64,000 nucleotides of DNA from an uncultured virus (IMG/VR IMGVR_UViG_3300009152_000029) (lineage: Duplodnaviria > Heunggongvirae > Uroviricota > Caudoviricetes): IMG/VR virus record IMGVR_UViG_3300009152_000029; one strand, 5' to 3'. The notes under the pieces were generated by a model. It was not told the DNA's origin. It searched no databases and worked only from the letters and a program-made list of their open reading frames with translations. A program made the position numbers and the translations under genes. Shown here piece after piece: positions 40,233 to 49,625 of the stretch; within the stretch, counting starts at the first letter, position 1, and every line of letters begins with the position of its first letter.

Positions 40233-40817
40233 TTAAAACAAAACTTCCAACATATCTCCAATTTCTGTCTCACTAAACATTCGAGGATTAGATTTTATCT
40301 GCATATATAATTTCTTTAATTGAGGGATATTCTTTATACTCTGATTATTATATGTTGCACCACTATCAGCATAAGCATCAAAAGCAGCTGTCAAATTATT
40401 CATCCCATTCTTTCTACCAAACTCAAATAAACTAGTAACAAAACTTCTCGGATTACTACTGTTACTTACACTATCCCCACTCTCATAACGACTAATCTCA
40501 TTCCTGAAATTAGTAGGGATTAATTTTTTTCTAATATCTAATATTTCTTTCGGAGTATATGGATTGTCACGATACATACTGCCATCCATAACGGCTGTAC
40601 CTGATAAATTCTTAGGCATATTCTTCATTCGAGAAATCATCATCTCATCATAAGATTTACTTCCCGGAGCCCTGTAATCATTATAATGCCTCTTGTCAAC
40701 ACCCTCATAAAATTCAACAGGAGGAATATACAATTCAGCAATCTTATATAACTTATCAGATAAAACATAACTACCAAGATTATCTAATAAACTTGCAACC
40801 TTTAATAATTTATCCAT
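40233..40817 (-). CDS. protein with N-terminal helical tag
   Basis: MDKLLKVASLLDNLGSYVLSDKLYKIAE; AAG-N18-AGAAT at 40827-40852. Confidence 0.7.
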   Translation of the reverse strand: MDKLLKVASLLDNLGSYVLSDKLYKIAELYIPPVEFYEGVDKRHYNDYRAPGSKSYDEMMISRMKNMPKNLSGTAVMDGSMYRDNPYTPKEILDIRKKLIPTNFRNEISRYESGDSVSNSSNPRSFVTSLFEFGRKNGMNNLTAAFDAYADSGATYNNQSIKNIPQLKKLYMQIKSNPRMFSETEIGDMLEVLF

Positions 40818-40852
40818 ACAATATATATTCTACTTAAATTATCCATCTACTT

Positions 40853-42025
40853 TTCGAGCATTTCTTTTTTGCCCATTAGTAGAAAAGCTTATATAATATT
40901 CTGAGCAATTTAAAAAACCCATTAGAGAGAACAAAAGAAATGTTAGACTACATAGAACAAACATCTTTAAAATTCCATATAGAAAGATTTATCATAGACA
41001 ATATAGATGAACAATATAAATTTCAAAAACACTATTAGAGAAACAAACATTTTCGAGCAAATAATGAAAAACATAAAACCATACATAACATTAATCTTTC
41101 TCATCATTATATTATTTTTCGCCATTAAAGAAAAACAAACAACAATCAAAATAATTAATAATCTACTATACCAAGATGAAATATTACAAACTAAAACAAT
41201 ACACCACTAAACAACAATATATTTCGAGCTTTTATAAACACCATTAGAGTAAAACAATTTTCGAGCATATCAAACACTATTAAAATTATATAAAGACTTT
41301 GTCTCTTCTACATATAAGAAACATATTCCTTTAATGAATCAGCTACCTTGCATTAATACAGACTTATCCTCAAATATAAGTTTTTGATACCTTTTGAGCA
41401 TAAAAATTTACAGAAAAAAGAAAATATAAAAACAGTGGAGACCTTATAACATTATTCACATATTATAATTACAAAATTATAATACTAGTGGAGGTTGAGT
41501 GGAGACAGGGTGGAGACTATATGGAGAATAATATTTTTATTACATTATTAGAGAAGGAATATATTAACACATTATAGAACAATACATATCCTAAAACACC
41601 ATTATTAAAAAAGAAATAGATCCTTCAAATTCGAGGGATCTATTTTTTGTTATATAAGAAAGAAAATATATTTCGAGCTTTTTAATAAGGGAGAAAAATA
41701 ATTATTACCATAGAGAAAAAAAAGAAATATTAGATTAAAGAATGGTCTAATATAGATAAAGATTGTTCACACTAGAAGAAAGATTGGTCTCAGTTATCGG
41801 GGCTCTTAAGAAAAAGCGAGAACAATCTAAATTGAACTATAAATTTTGGGACGTAATAAGTATTATTCTATGTAAGATAAATCTTTACCTTCATCTCCCA
41901 AACAATTAGAGAGGCCAAATTTTCGAGCCTATTTCTTTTAGAATATTCTTATGTTAGTGCATAAGAATATCTTTCTTATTTAGCTTCAACATTTTATCAT
42001 TAGAGGGGAGACAGATTTCGAGCCT
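40853..42025. other. non-coding A-rich locus, candidate replication origin and/or packaging (pac) region
   Basis: ~1.2 kb without a credible ORF; repeated TTTCGAG, CATTAGAG and GTGGAG; + strand shifts from C-rich to G-rich across it (judged by eye). Confidence 0.5.
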
Positions 42026-42601
42026 ATGAATATTCGAGGTTATTGTTTAAGTAAAGTAAATGGCCCAGGATTAAGATTTGTATTATGGACTCAAGGTTGT
42101 TCTAAAGGATGTAAGAATTGTTTTAATCCTGAGACTTGGAGCTATGAAGTTTATAAAGAACTTTCTCCTAGACAAATTTTCGAGCTAATAAAAAATTTCG
42201 AGGTAGATGGAATAACAATATCTGGCGGAGATCCTTTAGAGCAAGAGAGAGAATTGTTAGAGCTTTTATTTCTCTTAAAAGAAATAAAACTCCCTAAAGG
42301 AATTATATTGTTTACTGGATTTTCTCGTAATGAAATCCGAGAAAATCCTCTTAGAGAAAAATGTTTAGAGTATATAGATGTTTTAATTGATGGACGGTAT
42401 GAGGAAGAGTATAAGACAGAAGATTCTCTTAGAGGTAGCCTTAATCAAGAGTTTTATTTCTTCTCTAATAAGATTTCCAAGGAAGAGTTATTTTTCGATC
42501 AAGAGATAGAACTTTCTTTAGAGAGTGATAAAATAGTTATGACTGGTTTTCCTAACATTTCGAGGAAAGTTTTAAAAGATTTAGGTGTAATTTTGAAATA
42601 A
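42026..42601 (+). CDS. radical SAM protein, NrdG-like activase
   Basis: VNGPGLRFVLWTQGCSKGCKNCFNPETW, GITISGGDP, IDVLIDGRY, LRGSLNQ. Confidence 0.85.
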   Translation: MNIRGYCLSKVNGPGLRFVLWTQGCSKGCKNCFNPETWSYEVYKELSPRQIFELIKNFEVDGITISGGDPLEQERELLELLFLLKEIKLPKGIILFTGFSRNEIRENPLREKCLEYIDVLIDGRYEEEYKTEDSLRGSLNQEFYFFSNKISKEELFFDQEIELSLESDKIVMTGFPNISRKVLKDLGVILK

Positions 42602-42645
42602 GAATAAAAGAGTTATTAGGATAGGATTTCGAGTAAAAGATATTA

Positions 42646-42873
42646 ATGAAAATATATCTTGAGGTGTGGGAGATGACAAAGAAAAATAAAATGTTATATG
42701 ATGCTTTGATAGACTATGTTTCTTATTTTTACAATTGCTCAGATATGCCAGATAGTGCTAAATATAATGCGCTAAAGATTTTCGAGGTATTACAAGATGA
42801 GAAAATCGATGTTAATGATTTTATCCCTGTAATGAGACAAATACAATTCAGTTTAGATTTACTAGCAGCGTAA
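42646..42873 (+). CDS. hypothetical protein
   Basis: Short ORF ending at a bidirectional terminator (42876-42903). Confidence 0.5.
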   Translation: MKIYLEVWEMTKKNKMLYDALIDYVSYFYNCSDMPDSAKYNALKIFEVLQDEKIDVNDFIPVMRQIQFSLDLLAA

Positions 42874-42901
42874 AGAAAAAGAGGAGCTTTGCTCCTCTTT
42901 T

Positions 42902-43573
42902 TTATCTTTTCTTAAACACTCCAGAAAGAATGTTAGAGTATTCTTCTTTACTCTTTCTCACTACATCTTCAAAATTAGAGGTGTTGACTTCTGAGTATCC
43001 TTGTGCATCAAAGAACCTAATTAAAGATTCTTGATTAAAATGCCAAAGATGTTCATTTGGTTTTCGATGTTTCCAATTCTCAAACCATTCATCAGAAAAA
43101 TTATAGCAATGTGGTAGAGAGCAAACAATATAATTACAATTTAAATTTTCGAGGAAGTATGGATTGGGAAAATGTTCTAATACATCAAAAAAAGTTATTA
43201 CATCAAAATGTTTTTCAGATATATCTTTTACAAATTCAACACCTTCTGGAATTGGATAATGAGAAATATCGTGTCCATAACATTTCGAGTAATTTTTTGC
43301 TAAATTTAAAAAAGCACCATTACCATATCCAACATCTAAAATTGATTCTGGCATTTTTCCCAAAGAACCAATGATGTAGCCTAAACGCAAGTGAGACATA
43401 ATATCATTTGTAGGAAGTGTATTATAATTGTCTGCGTAAGAATAATCGTATAAGAATGGTTCTCTATCTTTTTGAAATATTACACCATTAGAATCTTTTT
43501 CATAATTGTCTAGCATAAAAGGATTATACAGGATAGAGTTGATAAGATCTAATTGAAGAGACGAATAAGACAA
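42902..43573 (-). CDS. class I SAM-dependent methyltransferase
   Basis: ILDVGYGNGAFL, FDVITFFDVLEH, EHLWHF. Confidence 0.8.
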   Translation of the reverse strand: MSYSSLQLDLINSILYNPFMLDNYEKDSNGVIFQKDREPFLYDYSYADNYNTLPTNDIMSHLRLGYIIGSLGKMPESILDVGYGNGAFLNLAKNYSKCYGHDISHYPIPEGVEFVKDISEKHFDVITFFDVLEHFPNPYFLENLNCNYIVCSLPHCYNFSDEWFENWKHRKPNEHLWHFNQESLIRFFDAQGYSEVNTSNFEDVVRKSKEEYSNILSGVFKKR

Positions 43574-43657
43574 TGAAGTACTGAATCTACTCTTCCCTAA
43601 ACACTTTAATTGTGGAATTAAATAAAAAAGGATTCTTTCTAGAAGAATCCTTTTTTA

Positions 43658-44071
43658 TTATTGCTGTAAAAAGTTATCTAATTCATCAGCACTACTAGAT
43701 TGATTATTTTCTATTAGTAATGTAGATATTTTATTTCCCGCTTCTTCTAAACTATCTACTAGTGATCTTCTGTAATCATAGAATGCAGAATCATCAGGAC
43801 CTTCTTCACCTTCTAAGAATTGAGGTAGAGATTTAGCTGTATTTAAAATTTGAATAATTTGAGATTTTAAATTTTCTAATACAATTTCAACATTACTATA
43901 ATCTTGTTGAATACTAGATCTATCTTCTCCTGGCATTATAATATCTCTAGGATCAATTTGAGCTTCTCTTTTTAAAAGCATTTCGAGAGCAATACTATTA
44001 TAACCGAGCTTCTTTAAAATCTCTTCGTTCATAGGAAATAACTTCTTAATATTAGTGTTTTCTTCCTGCAT
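43658..44071 (-). CDS. hypothetical acidic protein
   Basis: 137-aa ORF between a promoter and a terminator. Confidence 0.55.
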   Translation of the reverse strand: MQEENTNIKKLFPMNEEILKKLGYNSIALEMLLKREAQIDPRDIIMPGEDRSSIQQDYSNVEIVLENLKSQIIQILNTAKSLPQFLEGEEGPDDSAFYDYRRSLVDSLEEAGNKISTLLIENNQSSSADELDNFLQQ

Positions 44072-44087
44072 ATGATATCATCTTTAT

Positions 44088-45005
44088 ATGAATCTTTCCT
44101 TATGCTGCATTTCGAACATTTTGGCAGAACAGGGCCATAAATTTCGAACAATGACTTATAAATCTTTTTCGAGTAAAGAAAGATCCGAATCATTAGAGAA
44201 GCTGTCAGAGATAATAATTAATAATTTTACTGTGTCTGAGAAAATCGTTCGTCATTGTGCTGCTAATAATATTCAGGGATATAGACTTTCGAGCGATTTA
44301 ACTCCAGTAATAAAACATCCTGAAGTAATGTTGGCCCTGGAAGATCTGCCAAATTATAATCTTATTAATAAATCAATAGAAGATTTATCCCATACGATTA
44401 AAGAAACAGGTATTAGAGTAAGCGCACATCCTAGTGAATATATAACTCTTACCTCTGATGACGACGTTAAAATAAAACATTCCTTAATTGATTTAGAAAT
44501 GCACGGGGAAATATTTGATAGATTAGATTTAAGTAGGTCCCATTACAATCCTTTAAATATACATATACGTAAAGAAGGAGATGCAGAAGATTTATCAGGA
44601 ACGTTTATTAAAAATTTCGAGCGCTTATCTGAAAGTGTAAAGAGTAGACTAGTATTAGAGAACAACGATACTGGCAATACTTGGACTGTATCTAATCTTA
44701 AAAAATATTTTTATAATAGGTGTGAAATTCCCGTTACATTTGATAATTTGCATCACGAAATGTTGAATCACGGAACTTCTCATAAGGATGCGTTTTTCGA
44801 TGCATTTTCTACCTGGAATTGTGCTCCTATATTCCATTACTCTGAAGGCAAGAATGGAACTAGAGCTCACAGTGATATGGCCGAGAATCTTCCAGTACAT
44901 TATGATAAAGATGTATTGTTTGATGTAGAATTAAAGAATAAAGACTACGCAATATTAGATATATTAAAGAGATACAATGAAAGAGAAATTCTTACAACTG
45001 TCTGA
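44088..45005 (+). CDS. uvsE: UV damage endonuclease
   Basis: YRLSSDL.P, RVSAHP, LNIH, RLVLENND, VTFDNLHH, FHYSE, RAHSD, VELKNKD. Confidence 0.9.
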   Translation: MNLSLCCISNILAEQGHKFRTMTYKSFSSKERSESLEKLSEIIINNFTVSEKIVRHCAANNIQGYRLSSDLTPVIKHPEVMLALEDLPNYNLINKSIEDLSHTIKETGIRVSAHPSEYITLTSDDDVKIKHSLIDLEMHGEIFDRLDLSRSHYNPLNIHIRKEGDAEDLSGTFIKNFERLSESVKSRLVLENNDTGNTWTVSNLKKYFYNRCEIPVTFDNLHHEMLNHGTSHKDAFFDAFSTWNCAPIFHYSEGKNGTRAHSDMAENLPVHYDKDVLFDVELKNKDYAILDILKRYNEREILTTV

Positions 45006-45189
45006 TTCCTTAAATGAAATTGAATCAGATAATATTATCACACTGCTAACAAATTTGCTTGAGTCCTGGGAAGATGATAAGATCAATTTACACACTTCAA
45101 TTCAGGATTTTGAGCTCAGCACTATTTATAAGGTATTAAATTTATTTACAGATGAAAGAGAAGATTCAAGCGCTAGCGCAAATTCTTAA
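44977..45189 (+). CDS. hypothetical protein
   Basis: Overlapping ORF chain. Confidence 0.5.
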   Translation: MKEKFLQLSDSLNEIESDNIITLLTNLLESWEDDKINLHTSIQDFELSTIYKVLNLFTDEREDSSASANS

Positions 45190-45373
45190 TGACGATGAAG
45201 CTGCGTTATTATTTCAATTATTATTAAAGAGTTTTGAGACAGCTAATTATCAAAAAGTAGAATATCAAAATAAAGATTTAATTGGAGAACAGTCTTTAAT
45301 GGTAAACGTTGAGTTAGATTTAAAAAACGTGCCTGCAAGAGTAATAGAAAGATTACTAGGACTTTTAAAATGA
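45152..45373 (+). CDS. hypothetical protein
   Basis: Overlapping ORF chain. Confidence 0.5.
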   Translation: MKEKIQALAQILNDDEAALLFQLLLKSFETANYQKVEYQNKDLIGEQSLMVNVELDLKNVPARVIERLLGLLK

Positions 45374-45672
45374 GTACCTTATATCCAGAACTAATAGAAG
45401 AAGATGATGAAGCCACCTTTTCGAGCAATCTTTTTAAATTATATAAGCTTGATGAACGTTGCGGCAAATTAGAGGCACCAAACTTTCGAGTAATATATTT
45501 AAAAGATAAGAAAACCCAAATACATATATCTAATCATTTTAATAGCCCTACATGCATTATATCATATTATAATATAAAAGATAAATCTTGTATCGATGCA
45601 AGAACAATCTCAAAACGATTATATAATAAAATTCATGACCATTATTTCGAGATTAAGAAAAAAATCTTTTGA
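45370..45672 (+). CDS. hypothetical protein
   Basis: Overlapping ORF chain. Confidence 0.5.
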   Translation: MSTLYPELIEEDDEATFSSNLFKLYKLDERCGKLEAPNFRVIYLKDKKTQIHISNHFNSPTCIISYYNIKDKSCIDARTISKRLYNKIHDHYFEIKKKIF

Positions 45673-45727
45673 CACACCCTTAAACATCTGATACTATAAG
45701 ACATCAAACGAAAGGGTCGAAGCCAAA

Positions 45728-46402
45728 ATGACCTTCCAGAGTGTTTTAGAGAGTGTTGATAGCCATAAGGTGAATGGATATAAAGAGTATTGGAATAACA
45801 TTGCTCCACAGACAGATGGAGAATTTTTCCAAAGATGGTTGTTCGCATATACATCAATTCATACTACGTGGGAAAGTAATGTTCGTGCATACAATCATAT
45901 CAAGAATTTCGAGTCTTGGATTAGTGATAAAGACCAACTTGCTCATTTATTATATATAGGTAGAGCAGGTTGTCATAATCAGCGCACAAAGTATATTTGG
46001 GACTTTTCGAGTAAGTTTTGGGCGAATCCAGAAAAGTTTAAAAAGACTAATAGAGAGAACTGGTTTAAGTTTCGCAATCGTCTCTCTCTTGAATTGTGGG
46101 GAATTGGATTAGCAAAAACAAGTTTTGCTCTTGAATTATGTTATCCAGAAAAATGTCAAGCGGTATGTCTTGATGTTCATATGCTCCGTTTACTTGGAAT
46201 GAATGAACAGGGATATAAGAAAGATAACTCTAAAGATGTTGCCGAGTATGAACAAGGCGAAAGAAAATGGCATTATCGAGCAGAGAAAATGAAAGCACCC
46301 AATTATATAGCCAGATGTATTTATTGGGATGTCAAACAAGGTTATAAAAATTCGAGGTATTGGTCTTCTTGTTTAGAGAATCAATTGCACTTTGATTTTT
46401 AA
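45728..46402 (+). CDS. HhH-GPD DNA glycosylase-like protein (second paralog)
   Basis: GIGLAKTSFALEL...VCLDVHMLR; sigma70-like promoter TTGACA..TACTAT upstream. Confidence 0.7.
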   Translation: MTFQSVLESVDSHKVNGYKEYWNNIAPQTDGEFFQRWLFAYTSIHTTWESNVRAYNHIKNFESWISDKDQLAHLLYIGRAGCHNQRTKYIWDFSSKFWANPEKFKKTNRENWFKFRNRLSLELWGIGLAKTSFALELCYPEKCQAVCLDVHMLRLLGMNEQGYKKDNSKDVAEYEQGERKWHYRAEKMKAPNYIARCIYWDVKQGYKNSRYWSSCLENQLHFDF

Positions 46403-46543
46403 AAAGATTGCTACAGGATGATTTTGGCTTCTTGTCCTGTAGCGATTAGAGGGAGAACAATGTCGTTCTCCCTCCCAATAAAGAAGCTTTTATTGTTTGC
46501 GTTATTATGTCTCTTATGATATATTACATTAGAGAGAGCCAAT

Positions 46544-46798
46544 ATGAAAAAGATGCGTGTTACAGTTGTCGCAGAATTCACTGTTCCTGATGGTGTTATT
46601 TTGCACGATACAGTTTTCGAGGCAGAGGGTGTATTCTTTCATCCAGAAATTTCTTTTGATTGCATAGAAATTGACCCATCCTTTCCAGAAGACTTATTAA
46701 GATTTCCTAATGATATTTCTAGCATTGAGGAATTCGAGATAAAAAATATTAGTATGGAATCAAATGTAGAGTATATTGATTTTGAGGAAGCCAAATGA
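46544..46798 (+). CDS. small acidic protein (paralog family A)
   Basis: MRVTVVAEFTVPDGV similar to 46795 and 48334. Confidence 0.55.
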   Translation: MKKMRVTVVAEFTVPDGVILHDTVFEAEGVFFHPEISFDCIEIDPSFPEDLLRFPNDISSIEEFEIKNISMESNVEYIDFEEAK

Positions 46799-47034
46799 AA
46801 ATCAATTTTAAAATTACAGGTACAATGGAAATACCTGATGACGTAATAAAGCACTATGATGTTGCTGGTAAATTATATGCATTAGAATTCAATGACATAA
46901 TGTATATGCTGCAAATGTGTATTGTTGCTGAAGCTGGTGCTGGTGGATATGATATTGTTCATCAATTCGAGGAAATGGAAAATCATAGCATAACTAATGT
47001 GCGCTATGATGATGCAGAATTTTTTGAAGACTAG
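46795..47034 (+). CDS. small acidic protein (paralog family A)
   Basis: MKINFKITGTMEIPDDV...YDDAEFFED. Confidence 0.6.
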   Translation: MKINFKITGTMEIPDDVIKHYDVAGKLYALEFNDIMYMLQMCIVAEAGAGGYDIVHQFEEMENHSITNVRYDDAEFFED

Positions 47035-47239
47035 TGCAGCAAAACAACTTGCTGCAGAAATTAAATACTTAGAGTGGGACCAAGTAACATTTAATTTCTA
47101 TCATAAGAGCTTTAAGGGATATAATTTCTACAAGAGAAATATATCCCTTAATTACTGGCAATACACTGTTGTAGATGATATAACATCCTGTACATTTATG
47201 ATGTACGAGAAAGAAGCCAAAAGATGCCTAACTGGGTAA
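46997..47239 (+). CDS. hypothetical protein
   Basis: Fills the gap in the operon; start uncertain. Confidence 0.45.
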   Translation: MCAMMMQNFLKTSAAKQLAAEIKYLEWDQVTFNFYHKSFKGYNFYKRNISLNYWQYTVVDDITSCTFMMYEKEAKRCLTG

Positions 47240-47856
47240 TGAACGAACTCACCTGTATTTTCCAAACACAGGAAGAGTATAATGTTTTTAAAGAGAAAGT
47301 CAATCTTGAAGGATTGTTCAACTCCTTCATCCCTATGCCTGAAGTTTTAAAGGGAACATCATCTCCTCATCTTGCTCCAGGTGATTATATCAATGAAGTG
47401 AATAAGCACAAGAATACTAATTTTCTTACATTAGAGGAAGTTGCTACTTGTGATGATGAGTGGGTTGTTCATCGTGCTAAAGAGATTATTCAAAACATCA
47501 AAGCGTTCGAGGAAACAGGTTATCATGACTGGTATTCTTGGAACCTTAATAATTGGGGTGTTAAGTGGGATGCTGTAAGACCAACTGCTAAGTATGACCT
47601 TCTTACAATTACCTTTAGTTTTGACTCTCCTTGGGGTTGTCCTGAACACTTTGTCAGAGAGTTGTCTAAACTGTACCCTAACGCTACATTTGAGATGGTT
47701 TCTGGCTCCATTGAAAACGATACCCATTACGAGTTTACCTGTGAAGATGGTAAATTCGAGGAAACCTGCTCCTATGAAACATTTAAGGAAGCAGTAGCAG
47801 ATGGTAAATGGGGCGGATGGGATGAATGGTCTGATATGTTTGAGGAAAGCATATAA
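47224..47856 (+). CDS. DUF1281/YubB ferredoxin-like domain protein
   Basis: MPNWVMN...IPMPEVL...WYSWNLNNWGVKWD...FDSPWGCP. Confidence 0.75.
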   Translation: MPNWVMNELTCIFQTQEEYNVFKEKVNLEGLFNSFIPMPEVLKGTSSPHLAPGDYINEVNKHKNTNFLTLEEVATCDDEWVVHRAKEIIQNIKAFEETGYHDWYSWNLNNWGVKWDAVRPTAKYDLLTITFSFDSPWGCPEHFVRELSKLYPNATFEMVSGSIENDTHYEFTCEDGKFEETCSYETFKEAVADGKWGGWDEWSDMFEESI

Positions 47857-48077
47857 TGACACTCAGAGAACTAATTTTAAAACTTCAAGAATTAGAAAAG
47901 AAATATGAACAGTATAGCCAAGACACTGAAGTTGTAATTGCTGTACATTCTAAAAATGAATTCAACCCAGAAGTATCTTTAGATTATATTGATGAAGTAG
48001 TACATCCCGCTCTAGATACATTCTCTGGTTATATTTGCCGGATTGTCTTATGTGGAGAAATCGAGGGAGAAGACTAA
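47856..48077 (+). CDS. hypothetical protein
   Basis: MTLRELILKLQ phage-type start; TAATG overlap. Confidence 0.6.
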   Translation: MTLRELILKLQELEKKYEQYSQDTEVVIAVHSKNEFNPEVSLDYIDEVVHPALDTFSGYICRIVLCGEIEGED

Positions 48078-48142
48078 ACTATTTCGAGGGGAGATTTTCG
48101 AGTCTCCCCTTTCTTATATGTTAGAGATGATATAATACAGCT

Positions 48143-48334
48143 ATGGAAAACATTAAGTGGATTCGAGCAATGAGTGACCGTTTGAGAGATGAACTTTCGA
48201 GCGAGTATGATGATGAAACAAAAGATTTAATTATTCGAGCTTTTATGCGAGGGTTATATCAAGACCCATCTATAGTAGAAGAACTAAAATCGAGCTCTCT
48301 TATTGAATCTGATTATTTTGAGGATGCAGAGTAA
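48143..48334 (+). CDS. hypothetical protein
   Basis: TGnTATAAT promoter just upstream. Confidence 0.55.
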   Translation: MENIKWIRAMSDRLRDELSSEYDDETKDLIIRAFMRGLYQDPSIVEELKSSSLIESDYFEDAE

Positions 48335-48561
48335 TGAAAGAATTTAAATTTTCAATCACAGGCACTATCTTTGTTCCTGACAATGTAGAGTATGAGTACG
48401 ATTTCGAGAATCAAATCTACTCTTTTAAAATCAATGATAAGACATATTCCTTAATCGCTGGTTTAGAAGCAGATGATAAAGAAATAATTGTAACAGATGA
48501 AAATTTTAAATCTCATGAGCTTGGAATTTTCGAGTATGAGGATGCCTACTTTGAAGATTGA
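48334..48561 (+). CDS. small acidic protein (paralog family A)
   Basis: MKEFKFSITGTIFVPDNV...YEDAYFED. Confidence 0.6.
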   Translation: MKEFKFSITGTIFVPDNVEYEYDFENQIYSFKINDKTYSLIAGLEADDKEIIVTDENFKSHELGIFEYEDAYFED

Positions 48562-48772
48562 AAAATTTATCTATATGGCTGATGGATTCTATGTTTACAA
48601 AATGGAAGAGGGATATGCTGTCAAAGACCAATTTGGATATACTTTAAAAACAGCTAAGACAGTTAAGACTTGCGAAAACTATGTCCAGCTCCAATTACAA
48701 ACAAGACGTGCAGCAGAAAGATACGCAATTGAAAAGATTAATCAAGACAAGAATCAAAGTAGAGCCGTATAA
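48497..48772 (+). CDS. hypothetical protein (start uncertain)
   Basis: ORF chain; weakly similar to the next ORF. Confidence 0.5.
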   Translation: MKILNLMSLEFSSMRMPTLKIEKFIYMADGFYVYKMEEGYAVKDQFGYTLKTAKTVKTCENYVQLQLQTRRAAERYAIEKINQDKNQSRAV

Positions 48773-48950
48773 GATATATCAAATAGATGATTCTTATGTG
48801 GCTGAATTAGATAGTGTTGAAGTTTATAGAACAAAACATCAACATCTCTGCACAAGCTTCTGTCAAATAAAATTAGCAGAAGAAAGAAACCGACGCAACC
48901 AGATGATTCTAGAAAATATTAATACACTAAAGGCACAGGGAATTTTATGA
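48681..48950 (+). CDS. hypothetical protein (start uncertain)
   Basis: ORF chain. Confidence 0.5.
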   Translation: MSSSNYKQDVQQKDTQLKRLIKTRIKVEPYKIYQIDDSYVAELDSVEVYRTKHQHLCTSFCQIKLAEERNRRNQMILENINTLKAQGIL

Positions 48951-49201
48951 TAGCTCTAATTAGTATTTTTCTCTTAACCGCACTGGACCCAATAAAGAAT
49001 TTTGTATCTTTAAAAACTTACATATCAGAGAATGCAAAAGCTCACTGTTATGTTTATTTTATTAATGAAGATATCCCAGACTTTCCAAGAGTTAATATAA
49101 TTGAGAAAAATAAATTTGATTTCTTCGCATATCTTGATACAATAGGCATAGAACATTCTAAAGTAGGAAGTTACTATTTCTTTAACAGGAAGCCAAAATG
49201 A
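48947..49201 (+). CDS. hypothetical protein
   Basis: ATGA-coupled. Confidence 0.5.
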   Translation: MIALISIFLLTALDPIKNFVSLKTYISENAKAHCYVYFINEDIPDFPRVNIIEKNKFDFFAYLDTIGIEHSKVGSYYFFNRKPK

Positions 49202-49509
49202 CAAATAAAGAAAGAAAGATATTGGATAAAGAACTCCAATATCTTTGCGATTACCAAGACCGAGTTAAGGCAATCAGAGAATACACTGGAATTCATCCAC
49301 ATAAAACATTTCTCAATGAAGTAGAGACAATTGAAAGTCTTTATAAGTCAGTACTAGAGAACCGCAAACAATGCAAGTCAACTTACTTCTCTGTTGGAAC
49401 TGCTGGTTGGTTTGTTGTTTACCTAAGAGACAAGAAGAAATATAAAGAGGGTGAAGAATTTAGTATTAAAATCTATCACACTTTTGTCTGGTCTGATAAT
49501 CTTGATTGA
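49198..49509 (+). CDS. hypothetical protein
   Basis: GGAAGCCAAA leader; terminator follows. Confidence 0.6.
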   Translation: MTNKERKILDKELQYLCDYQDRVKAIREYTGIHPHKTFLNEVETIESLYKSVLENRKQCKSTYFSVGTAGWFVVYLRDKKKYKEGEEFSIKIYHTFVWSDNLD

Positions 49510-49625
49510 ACCTAATATCCCAAAGAATTTTCTTTGGGATATTTTTTAGTAATATCTTTGATATTACTCATTTAAAAAACAAAAAATATATTTTGCACCT
49601 TTATGACAATATGATATAATACGTT

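Noticed and set aside
40967..41210. Short ORFs 41007-41210(+) and 40967-41149(-)
   Set aside because: Low-complexity A-rich translations within the repeat-rich non-coding locus.
43658..43750. Tag-like helix at the C-terminus of ORF 43658 (KISTLLIENNQSSSADELD)
   Set aside because: Only a partial match and at the wrong end; not counted in the tag family.
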